From positions 20,234 to 84,233 of the forward strand of contig JAHDBM010000002.1 of NCBI GenBank assembly GCA_020630395.1: a stretch of DNA of 64,000 nt, read 5' to 3'. Source of the stretch: Flavobacteriales bacterium. Its GTDB lineage: Bacteria > Bacteroidota > Bacteroidia > Flavobacteriales_D > CAJJDF01. A program made the translations under genes and the position numbers. Below are positions 45,711 through 53,907 of this stretch, one piece after another. Position 1 is the stretch's first letter. Each line of letters opens with the position of its first letter. The notes beneath the pieces were generated by a model. The model saw nothing but the letters and a program-made list of their open reading frames with translations. It searched no databases and was not told the DNA's origin.

Positions 45711-47084
45711 TTAATATTTTCTTCTTAATGACTGTACTTTTAATTCATCTATTAATATTTTTTTAGATGTGGCATAATTATCAATAAATAAATAATGACC
45801 TTTTCCTAGTTCAGCAATTTCTTGCATATCAGTTGCATGCATAGCCTTATTTTTAATGCCGAGCACACTTATTTTAATATCTTTCTTTATATATTTTTTA
45901 ACTAGCTTATCTACGCTTGTATTCCCGCGATTAAAATCACCATCAGTTGCCATTATAACTTGATTATTAGCATTTGGAATAAAGTTTTTATACGCTTGTT
46001 TATACGCTAGTTTCATACCTTCTCCTCCTGCAGTCATTCCTTGAGCTTTAATAGATTGAATTTTCTCAATAATTTCTTTTTTAGCATTTCCTGTGGTTGT
46101 TTCCATTAATATTTTAGAAAAAGTAGAATAAGCCACTATGGTAATTTTATCTACACTTCTAAGTGTATGAGTCATTTCTATCATGGAGTTTTTTAGTAAA
46201 TCCAGTTTGCCATTATGATTCATAGATGAAGATACATCAAGTAAAAAAACAATATTATTTGGAGCTTGATAATATTCAACAAGAGTGTCTTCTGTTACAG
46301 CTGTGTCTTTTGTTTCGGTTGGAGTATTAATTGTATCGGGAGGAATGGATACTATAATAGAGGAATCGGTTTTAATTTCAATTATTTCATCAGGCTTCTC
46401 AGTAACTATAATAGACTCATCTTTATTTAAATATATAATAACCGAGTCATTACGTTTATTTAAATATTTAGCTCTTTCGTTAGGATAATAGTCTTTAGCA
46501 TTTGTAACTAAATAATAAAGCCCTAATGGTATTTTGGCAGTGGCTTTTCCTTTATTGTTAGTCATTAATGTAGTTAAAAGCATGCCATTAATAATTAATT
46601 TAATTTCAGCTTTTTTAATGGGTTCATTAGTTTTAGCGTCCAATACAAGAGCTTTAAACTTAAACTCTTGCTCTATAGTAATATCTTTTTGTCTAAAGCT
46701 AGGGCAATCCATCCCCATTGAGTTATCTATTTCCTTAATATTGCCCTTCATTGTAAACTCAAAAGGAGTCATAGCATGACTAAAATAAATAGGAGTTTTA
46801 ATAGTGAATTTCCCTTTTTTAATAGGGTTGTATTTAAATCGAAGAATAATTGAACTATCTGGCATTATAGCTTTTCCAGATGTTAGTACTCTAACTGTTC
46901 TCTCATTTTTTATGGTGAGTAAGAATGTTTTTTTACCTGTATTGTTAGTATAAATAACATCAACAAAGCGTTCATTTCCTTTATAGACTTCTCCAAAATC
47001 ATGAGATGTTTTACTAAATCCATTTTGCGAAAAGCTAGGAGATAAAAACGATATAATTAATAGTAATAATATAAACTTGCTCAT
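45711..47084 (-). CDS. Secreted von Willebrand factor type A (VWA) domain protein with N-terminal Ig-like (DUF1573-like) and carboxypeptidase-regulatory-like domains
   Basis: ORF 45711..47129 trimmed to the ATG at 47084, giving the signal peptide MSKFILLLLIISFLSPSFSQ. The MIDAS motif is in VFLLDVSSSMNHNGKLDLLK. Also VIMATDGDFNRG. Confidence 0.8.
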   Translation of the reverse strand: MSKFILLLLIISFLSPSFSQNGFSKTSHDFGEVYKGNERFVDVIYTNNTGKKTFLLTIKNERTVRVLTSGKAIMPDSSIILRFKYNPIKKGKFTIKTPIYFSHAMTPFEFTMKGNIKEIDNSMGMDCPSFRQKDITIEQEFKFKALVLDAKTNEPIKKAEIKLIINGMLLTTLMTNNKGKATAKIPLGLYYLVTNAKDYYPNERAKYLNKRNDSVIIYLNKDESIIVTEKPDEIIEIKTDSSIIVSIPPDTINTPTETKDTAVTEDTLVEYYQAPNNIVFLLDVSSSMNHNGKLDLLKNSMIEMTHTLRSVDKITIVAYSTFSKILMETTTGNAKKEIIEKIQSIKAQGMTAGGEGMKLAYKQAYKNFIPNANNQVIMATDGDFNRGNTSVDKLVKKYIKKDIKISVLGIKNKAMHATDMQEIAELGKGHYLFIDNYATSKKILIDELKVQSLRRKY

Positions 47085-47121
47085 ACGCTTTAGTAATGTT
47101 GTACTACGTATAGAACAAATA

Positions 47122-47820
47122 TTATGCAATTTTGTTTTTGACTTCTGATTTTAGACGATTTAAATCTGTAATAATAATCTTTTTCCCATCAATATTAATG
47201 ATGTTTTCTTTATTGAAATCAGAAATAGTTCGGATAGTAGATTCGGTTGTTACACCAGCTATATCACCAATTTCTTTTCTGGTAAGTTTAGATTTTATGG
47301 CAAAATTATTTTCGTCAATTCCGAAGGTGTCATTTAACAATAATAAAGCTTCAGCAATTTTTTCTCGAACAGATTTTTGGGCCATGTATATCACTTTTCT
47401 TTCAGCATTTTTTAAATCATCTGATAAGAGTTTCATTAGCTTTAATGAAAAGTCTGTATTTTGCTTAATAAGATTAAAAAAAGTGTCTTTAGGTATTTTA
47501 AATAGACGAGTTTCTTCAGTTGCAGATGCAGTAGCTCTGTAGGGGTCATTACTTATTAGTGAACGATATCCAAGTAAATCTCCAGGTTGTGCTAGTCTAA
47601 TAATCTGTTCTTTACCACTATCACCATACATGTGAACTTTAACAACACCTTTATACACAACATATAGCGCATTAGGGTATGCTCCTTCATTAAAGATTAC
47701 TTCACCTTTTTTAAAGGTTTTATTAATTTCTTCAAGGTTTAGTTGAGCAATTTGCTCTCTAGTAAGACTACTAAAGAAACAAAAGTGGGTGTTCTTATTT
47801 TCGGTTTTAAAAAACTGCAT
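47122..47820 (-). CDS. Crp/Fnr family transcriptional regulator
   Basis: 232 aa with a cNMP-binding-like barrel (KGEVIFNEGAYPNALYVVYKGVVKV...IIRLAQPGDLLGYRSL) and a C-terminal HTH (LTRKEIGDIAGVTTESTIRTISDF). Confidence 0.85.
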   Translation of the reverse strand: MQFFKTENKNTHFCFFSSLTREQIAQLNLEEINKTFKKGEVIFNEGAYPNALYVVYKGVVKVHMYGDSGKEQIIRLAQPGDLLGYRSLISNDPYRATASATEETRLFKIPKDTFFNLIKQNTDFSLKLMKLLSDDLKNAERKVIYMAQKSVREKIAEALLLLNDTFGIDENNFAIKSKLTRKEIGDIAGVTTESTIRTISDFNKENIINIDGKKIIITDLNRLKSEVKNKIA

Positions 47821-47852
47821 ACATATAAAAATACAGTTAAAGATAAAAAAAA

Positions 47853-47869
47853 GGAGCGTAACACGCTCC
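47853..47869 (-). terminator. Hairpin terminator after the giant adhesin gene (bidirectional architecture)
   Basis: GGAGCG-TAACA-CGCTCC flanked by A8 on the left and T6 on the right. It starts 7 bp beyond the stop at 47876. Confidence 0.75.
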
Positions 47870-47875
47870 GCTTTT

Positions 47876-50800
47876 TTATTTTATTAACGTCACATGTCCT
47901 TTAAATTGTTTGTCAATATAATTGTTAAGCTTGTCAGTTAATACGACCTTCCAAACATAAACATCTGATTTACACATAACTCTTCTGCCTCCTTTTTTAT
48001 GCTTACCATCCCAAGCCCCATCAAAACTTGTCGTTTGGTAAATTAATTCTCCCCATCTATCATAAACTGTAAATTCATATTTATCAGGATTTACTCCACT
48101 TAGTACTGGTTTAAACACATCATTTATACCATCAGCAGATGGGCTAAATGCACTTGGTACATAAATAATAAATTCATCTTCTACGGCTATTAGTTTGCAA
48201 ATTGAATCAACACATCCAAAAGATGTGGTTGCCTCTAGACACACTAAATGAGAACCAATAAAAGGTGGTATTGGATGAATTGGATCAGATAAAGTAGAGG
48301 AATCTCCATCTGGGAAATACCATTTGTAATCTGTAGCTCCAAATGTAAGGTTTGTGAACGTAATGTTATTATTTAAAATAGTTGCTGGATTAGGATTTGC
48401 ATCAAAATCTGGCAAAGGCAATGGGTGTATACAAACCGAAGAATTGTAAGTTGTATCAACATCACAACCTTGTGTTGTTTTAATACTAAGCACAATGTCA
48501 TAACAGCCCTCTGTTGTATAAGTATGAGATGGTGAACAGTTGTTGGAGGCAGTATTTCCATCTCCAAAATCCCATGAGCAAGAAGAAACAAGCGCAGGAT
48601 TGGTGGTGTTATTAAAATTAACAGTTAATGAAGGCATACAGCCAAATAAAGTATCAATATCAAATGTAGGTTGAACAGTGTTATTAATAACTTCTATTTG
48701 TATTTGTGCAGATGATTTACAGCCAAAACCATTATCCTCAGTCCATTCTAATACATATAAGCCAGGGGTGCTAAAGGTAACAACAGCATTTGGATCATTT
48801 ACGTTTGGCGTAAATGTGGCGGTACCGGGTCCTGAAACAAAACTCCATGTTCCAATACCAACACTAGGAATTGCTCCAAGTTGCATAACTAATGCACATG
48901 AAGTGTCTTTGCTTCCGCCAGGATTAGCAACAGGATCTTCTACAAATAAAATAGAAACTGTATCTCTATCAAAGCATCCTAATCCATCAGTTTCAGCCCA
49001 AATAAATTCATGAACACCATATTGTGTAACAGTAACTCCAGCATTTGCTAAGGTGTTATTTGGAGCGAAACTAGCTATGCCTGGTCCTGAGTATAATGAC
49101 CAACTACCAGGAGGAAGTGTAATGCTTGGTGTTGCATTTAACACATAAGTATCTCCACAAATAGTATCATCTAATCCGGCATAAGCATCTAAATTCCCAG
49201 GGCCATCTAGCGTAATAGTAATGGAGTCAACACACCCTTTAAGATCGGTTACGATAACCTTATATGTGCCTGGATTAAGGCCGGTAGCTCTAGCTGTAGT
49301 TTGTGCAGCAGGATCATCCCATAAATAATTGAAAAAACCATTTCCTCCATCAGCTTTAACTTCAAGTTCTCCATCAAGAGTACTGTAGCAAGTTGGCATT
49401 ATGGTGTCTACAGGTTCAATAAAAACAACTGTATCAGGCTCATCAATTGCAAAGTCCATATAGTCAGTACATCCGTTAATATCGGTAACAAAAACTCTAT
49501 AATTTCCTGCAGGAACCGCATTTATACTATTTGCTCCAACACCAGAATTAATCACTGCTGAGGTAGTTAGGTTTGTCCAAGTATAATTAAATGCGGGAGT
49601 TCCCATATTGACACCAGCAGTGGCATCACCATCAAAACCACCATAACATGAAACATCAGTTGTGTTACTAATATATACAATTGGTGTTCCACCATTAGGA
49701 ATTGTAACATAAGTACTGTCGATACATCCACTAACATTATCGGTAACAATAACTTTATAGTTGCCTACAAATAAATTACTTGCAGTTTGAGTGGTTTGGG
49801 TATTTAAATCATCCCACAAGTATGAGAAATTTCCAGAACCACCCGTAGGGTTTATAGTTGCACTACCATTGTTGCCGCATGTAGCTCCATTAATTACTAC
49901 ATTGGTTAGATCTGGCAGTTCGTATACAGTAACTGTAATAGAGTCAACTGCATAGCAGTTACCATTGTAAGCAGTTATATAATAGGTTGTTGTAGTAGAA
50001 GGATTGGCAATGATATTTTTACCAGTATCTACATTAAGTCCAGTAAATGGTGTCCACACTATAGAATCGGCAGTAGTAGTTGCTGTTAATGCTGTATTTT
50101 CCCCTTTACAAATATTAGTGTTTCCTGCAATTGATATTGTTGGAATCGGTTGAACTATAACTGTTATAGTGTCTCTATTCGTCCATCCACAACAATCTGT
50201 ATTTACTCGAAGAGTAACGGTAAATGTGCCAGGAGTATTGAATTGCGTGTTTGTGATAGCTCTAGTAGTTGGATTGTTAGGTGTAATTCCTCCTCCAAAA
50301 TCCCAATCGAACTGAGTAGCAGTTATAGAAGAGTTAAAAGAAACAAATTCTCCAACACAAATTTGATAAACATCTGGTGCAATTGAATCTGCAGTTGTTT
50401 CTATTTCAGGGACTATAGTTGAGTTAAAAGAAATATTTACAAATCCTGTGTAAATATTAGGTCCGTAACCAATATTTTTTCTGCTCATAGTAGTATACTG
50501 ACTAGTAACAGGAGAACCATTAGGAGCAGGATTAGTAGCCCCAGTACCAAGTGACCATTGTGCAGGTGAACCCGCAGAGAAATCTACATTTGTATATGTA
50601 CAAGAAATGTTTTCAGCAAAGATAGTTGGTTGCCCAGTAAGATTAAAGTTACTAATTGAGGTAGAAAGTGCTGTTCCAGTTATATAAAGGTCTTGAGTAA
50701 TGCCCATAGCGCCATCTCCACCATCACCACCATCACCACCATCTCCACCATCTCCACCATCTCCACCACAGCCAACTTCATTACTGTCTTGGTTTCCTCC

Positions 50801-53734
50801 GTTTCCACCATTCCCCCCATTTCCTCCATTTCCTCCAAACCCTTTGTTTCCGCCTAATCCAGCATTTCCAGAAGACACATTACAATCTACAAAATTACCA
50901 TTAGTTTGGTTATTAACTATATAAACACCAAAAGATGCTCCTCCAGAATATCCGCCAGTTCCAGCTTCTCCGCCTTGTCCGCCAGCACCTCCACCGCCAC
51001 CACCAGCACCAGCACCATTAGAACAAAAAGTTCCGCCTTCACCAGCACCACCTCCGCCACCAGCACCACCAGATCCACCTTGTCCATGAATACCATCTGT
51101 GCCTTTAGAGGTTGGTTGCCATAAACCAGAAATTGGGTTGTGTGCTCCCGCAGGGGCATTTGTTCCGTTACATCCATTACTTCCGTTAGCACCATCTTGA
51201 CCTTGCTTTCCAGATTCAGTTGAGGTTACACAATAAACATTACTATTACACCCAGTCTCATTTCCTCTTATTCCGCCAGTAGCATTACCTAAAGTGGTAA
51301 GAATGCATGTAGTATTAGCAGGAACCGATCCACCAACTCCTCCAGTACCTCCATCTCTATCTTCTTCACCACCAGAAGCGCCACCACCACCAGCACCACC
51401 ATCTCGATATGTAGCGGCATTGTTTCCTGCTCCTCCATTTACACCTGTATTACAACAACCAGGAGAAGAAGAACCATTTCCTCCGATACTTCCTCCCACA
51501 GTTCCTCCGTTACCTCCACTACCTTCATCATCTTGGTCATCATCATTGCCGTCTTCACCATTTAATCCATTTCCTCCATTTAACCCAGTAATACCATTTG
51601 TGCCATCTAGTCCATCAGATGCATTTCCAGTAGAAATATAACATCTAACCACATCATAATTAGAACAGTTATTAAGGTATAATCCATAGGTTGATATTCC
51701 AATACTATCTGCAGTAGGAGCGTTAACTACTTCTATAGTTAAATCTTGTAACCTTAAAAAACTTGCATTAGCTATTTCAATAGCCATTAATCTTGGCACA
51801 CCATAAGTTGTATCAACATTTAGATCAGATCTTCTTATGGTAGTAGCTCCTTTCTGGCTAGTTTTTCTCCAATTATTTGCAGGATCAAATCCACCTTCAA
51901 TAGTTAAAGCACCTATTATTTCAGATATTGAAGAATCAATATCATAAGTGCCAATAGCCATTTTAATAGTAGCATTACTACATTGAGACATTAATAAAGC
52001 ATCCCAAATATTGGTAGGGTCAACAGTAGATAATCCACTTCCAGATCCACTAGGTGTAACATATATGTTGTTACATATTGCTGGAGGAGGAGGAGGGCTA
52101 ACTGTTATAAGAACACTGTCGGTTGTTGAACATCCATTAGAAGAGGTAGCTGTACATTTATAATATTGGGTGGTTGTTGGTGATGCAGATTCAACCGGAC
52201 CAACTGTTCCGCTAGGAGACCAAACAAAAGTGGCAGTAGGATCGGTAGAGAATGCAGTTAATGGAATGTTACTTCCTGCACAAATTGTTCCTCCATTAGG
52301 TGTTATGGAAATATCAGGAGAAGGAGTGATATTTAAGGTAACATTGTCCATTCTCGTACACCCACTAGGGTATGAGGCTGATACTGTATACACGACACCA
52401 CTATTAACTGTAGCAATTGGATTGGGGCAGTTTGTACAACTTAAACCTGCTGATGGAGTCCATGTAAATGTAGCTCCAGGTCCGGCATTAGCATATAACT
52501 GTAAAGGAGTTCCGCCACATACAGATGTGTCTGGTCCTGCAACTACTGGAGGGTCATTGCCTGGTATAACATTTATTTGATATACATATGTGTTTTTACC
52601 TGGAATTGGACAGGCATCATCTTCTACTGTAACAGAAAAATAATGTGTTCCAGTATCCGACTGACTTGGAGTCCAACAAAAACGTCCAGTTGGAGGTGTT
52701 CCTGATGTAGTAAAAGTACCAGAAGGAATTCCATTATTCCATGTCATAGTTACATTATCAGTATCTAAGTCAGAAGAATTAATATCAAAGCAAAAAGAAC
52801 TACCCCAACATATATCATAATCAAACTTTATTGGACTACCATTCACTCCGGTAGCTGTAGGTGGGTTATTGTTACAATTGATAACAATTATTTGCATATC
52901 TCTGGTTACTGATCCAACTATTACCCCAAGAGAATTACGCTCTACTATCTGAACAGTTACAACACCTTGTTGGATTCCATTAGGAGTAAAAGACATTTGC
53001 CCATTACTTGTGTTAAAATTAAAACCACCAGATGTTGTTATAGGATTTGTCACAGTATTACCAGCTGTAAATGGAATATTAGTACTAGCTGCACTTCTAG
53101 GATTTATAAGAGAATATGTCCAGGTATCTCCATCAACATTAATAGCTCCATGGTTGTATGAAGTGGGATTTCCACTACATACGTATGGAGCTGGTAAACT
53201 TGAAAATCTTGGAGAATTATTACATATTCCATTGGTATTATTTATAAGCGCTTCAACATAAATATTAGCCCCGCCTGGGTTCTGAAGATTTGTGATTGCT
53301 GCATTTCTACAGCATAATCCATAACTAATAGTCCAATCTGCACAATTAGCAGGTAAAGTAGCCACACCTGTGTATATATATCGTTCTACTCCGGGCAAAT
53401 TTCCACCATTACATGAAGTTAAATTTATTTGAGGGTTACATATTTGAGAAACTTCTACAGGGCCGGTTCTATTTCCTAATGGAATATTAAAGTTGTTTCC
53501 ACAAGATGCAGAACTAGCTCTAAGGGTAACATTAGCAGGAGCACCCATGCCATTACAATCTCTATAAAACATTAATCTAAAACGATATTGATTACCACCT
53601 AAACAGTCATATTCTAAATCTACAGCAACTCCATGAGAAGCTTGAATGTTTTGTGAAGTGAGAGAAAAAAGAAAAAAAAGTAATAGAAAAGGAATGGAAA
53701 TTTGTCTTACAATACTAAAGAATAGTGTTTTCAT
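47876..53734 (-). CDS. Giant cell-surface adhesin-like protein with T9SS type B sorting domain (gliding motility-associated C-terminal domain)
   Basis: 1952 aa with signal peptide ...IPFLLLFFLFSLTSQNIQA. The Cys-rich N-terminal domain reads VDLEYDCLGGNQYRFRLMFYRDCNG. It has many Ig/PKD-like modules, a beta-helix-like segment and a Gly-rich core. The C-terminus VPSAFSPSADGINDVFKPV...FTVYDRWGELIY....WDGK......DVYVWKV......GHVTLIK matches TIGR04131-type CTDs. Confidence 0.9.
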   Translation of the reverse strand: MKTLFFSIVRQISIPFLLLFFLFSLTSQNIQASHGVAVDLEYDCLGGNQYRFRLMFYRDCNGMGAPANVTLRASSASCGNNFNIPLGNRTGPVEVSQICNPQINLTSCNGGNLPGVERYIYTGVATLPANCADWTISYGLCCRNAAITNLQNPGGANIYVEALINNTNGICNNSPRFSSLPAPYVCSGNPTSYNHGAINVDGDTWTYSLINPRSAASTNIPFTAGNTVTNPITTSGGFNFNTSNGQMSFTPNGIQQGVVTVQIVERNSLGVIVGSVTRDMQIIVINCNNNPPTATGVNGSPIKFDYDICWGSSFCFDINSSDLDTDNVTMTWNNGIPSGTFTTSGTPPTGRFCWTPSQSDTGTHYFSVTVEDDACPIPGKNTYVYQINVIPGNDPPVVAGPDTSVCGGTPLQLYANAGPGATFTWTPSAGLSCTNCPNPIATVNSGVVYTVSASYPSGCTRMDNVTLNITPSPDISITPNGGTICAGSNIPLTAFSTDPTATFVWSPSGTVGPVESASPTTTQYYKCTATSSNGCSTTDSVLITVSPPPPPAICNNIYVTPSGSGSGLSTVDPTNIWDALLMSQCSNATIKMAIGTYDIDSSISEIIGALTIEGGFDPANNWRKTSQKGATTIRRSDLNVDTTYGVPRLMAIEIANASFLRLQDLTIEVVNAPTADSIGISTYGLYLNNCSNYDVVRCYISTGNASDGLDGTNGITGLNGGNGLNGEDGNDDDQDDEGSGGNGGTVGGSIGGNGSSSPGCCNTGVNGGAGNNAATYRDGGAGGGGASGGEEDRDGGTGGVGGSVPANTTCILTTLGNATGGIRGNETGCNSNVYCVTSTESGKQGQDGANGSNGCNGTNAPAGAHNPISGLWQPTSKGTDGIHGQGGSGGAGGGGGAGEGGTFCSNGAGAGGGGGGAGGQGGEAGTGGYSGGASFGVYIVNNQTNGNFVDCNVSSGNAGLGGNKGFGGNGGNGGNGGNGGNQDSNEVGCGGDGGDGGDGGDGGDGGDGAMGITQDLYITGTALSTSISNFNLTGQPTIFAENISCTYTNVDFSAGSPAQWSLGTGATNPAPNGSPVTSQYTTMSRKNIGYGPNIYTGFVNISFNSTIVPEIETTADSIAPDVYQICVGEFVSFNSSITATQFDWDFGGGITPNNPTTRAITNTQFNTPGTFTVTLRVNTDCCGWTNRDTITVIVQPIPTISIAGNTNICKGENTALTATTTADSIVWTPFTGLNVDTGKNIIANPSTTTTYYITAYNGNCYAVDSITVTVYELPDLTNVVINGATCGNNGSATINPTGGSGNFSYLWDDLNTQTTQTASNLFVGNYKVIVTDNVSGCIDSTYVTIPNGGTPIVYISNTTDVSCYGGFDGDATAGVNMGTPAFNYTWTNLTTSAVINSGVGANSINAVPAGNYRVFVTDINGCTDYMDFAIDEPDTVVFIEPVDTIMPTCYSTLDGELEVKADGGNGFFNYLWDDPAAQTTARATGLNPGTYKVIVTDLKGCVDSITITLDGPGNLDAYAGLDDTICGDTYVLNATPSITLPPGSWSLYSGPGIASFAPNNTLANAGVTVTQYGVHEFIWAETDGLGCFDRDTVSILFVEDPVANPGGSKDTSCALVMQLGAIPSVGIGTWSFVSGPGTATFTPNVNDPNAVVTFSTPGLYVLEWTEDNGFGCKSSAQIQIEVINNTVQPTFDIDTLFGCMPSLTVNFNNTTNPALVSSCSWDFGDGNTASNNCSPSHTYTTEGCYDIVLSIKTTQGCDVDTTYNSSVCIHPLPLPDFDANPNPATILNNNITFTNLTFGATDYKWYFPDGDSSTLSDPIHPIPPFIGSHLVCLEATTSFGCVDSICKLIAVEDEFIIYVPSAFSPSADGINDVFKPVLSGVNPDKYEFTVYDRWGELIYQTTSFDGAWDGKHKKGGRRVMCKSDVYVWKVVLTDKLNNYIDKQFKGHVTLIK
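50702..51625 (-). repeat. Glycine-rich low-complexity core (about 300 codons) with runs of Gly-X-Y triplets inside the adhesin
   Basis: The translation contains GLDGTNGITGLNGGNGLNGEDGND, GKQGQDGANGSNGCNGTNAPAG, GTDGIHGQGGSGGAGGGGGAGEGG, GNAGLGGNKGFGGNGGNGGNGGNGGN and GGDGGDGGDGGDGGDG. The region is locally G+C-richer than its flanks. The mirror-image Pro-rich ORFs on the + strand are artefacts of this. Confidence 0.9.
50712..50765 (-). repeat. 9-bp tandem repeat x6 (CCATCNCCA on + strand, encoding GGD x6)
   Basis: Units at 50712, 50721, 50730, 50739, 50748 and 50757 differ only at the T/A wobble position. A degenerate 9-bp series encoding GGN follows at about 50792-50836. Confidence 0.9.
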
Positions 53735-53869
53735 ATTACTAGTTTATACTATGTTATTTATCGATCAATGAACGAAAAAAGTACTAAATGGTTGCCTTTA
53801 TTAATATCCAATATGAACCACTTAATAATTTGTTAATATTAATTGTTGACATTAAGGATTAAAATGTAA

Positions 53870-53877
53870 TACTTTTG
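53870..53877 (+). promoter_or_regulatory. Candidate -7 promoter box TACTTTTG for the LTD/TBDR/nuclease gene run
   Basis: Exact TAnnTTTG match, 31 nt upstream of the ATG at 53908. TTG triplets at 53843-53848 give plausible -33 spacing. Confidence 0.5.
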
Positions 53878-53907
53878 CAGCAACTTAAATTTAATGAATT
53901 AAATAAT

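Noticed and set aside
47132-47542. 136-aa plus-strand ORF antisense to the Crp/Fnr gene. This is unusually long for an AT-rich genome.
   Set aside because: The Crp/Fnr reading frame on the minus strand has full-length family architecture. The antisense product is a featureless Ser/Phe/Ile-rich sequence. Long antisense ORFs in the codon-complementary frame are a known artefact.
50702-51625. Calling the Gly-X-Y region a bona fide bacterial collagen-like triple helix.
   Set aside because: The triplet runs are short (6-9 triplets), interrupted and rich in Gly/Asn/Asp. They contain almost no Pro and few of the Thr or charged pairs that stabilise known bacterial collagens. It is reported only as triplet periodicity with alternative structural hypotheses.
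50700-51641. Proline-rich plus-strand ORFs (50700..50924 with PSPPSPPSPPSPP; 51294..51641 with PPTPPVPPSL...).
   Set aside because: They are the reverse-complement reading of the glycine-codon (GGN) tracts of the adhesin gene: CCN codons opposite GGN. They are not independent genes.
53833-53842. A 10-bp perfect palindrome TTAATATTAA in the divergent adhesin/LTD promoter region, considered as an operator, for example for the nearby Crp/Fnr or MarR regulator.
   Set aside because: It consists of A/T only in a very AT-rich intergenic region, where such palindromes are expected by chance. The flanks do not extend the symmetry, and it resembles no Crp/Fnr consensus I know.
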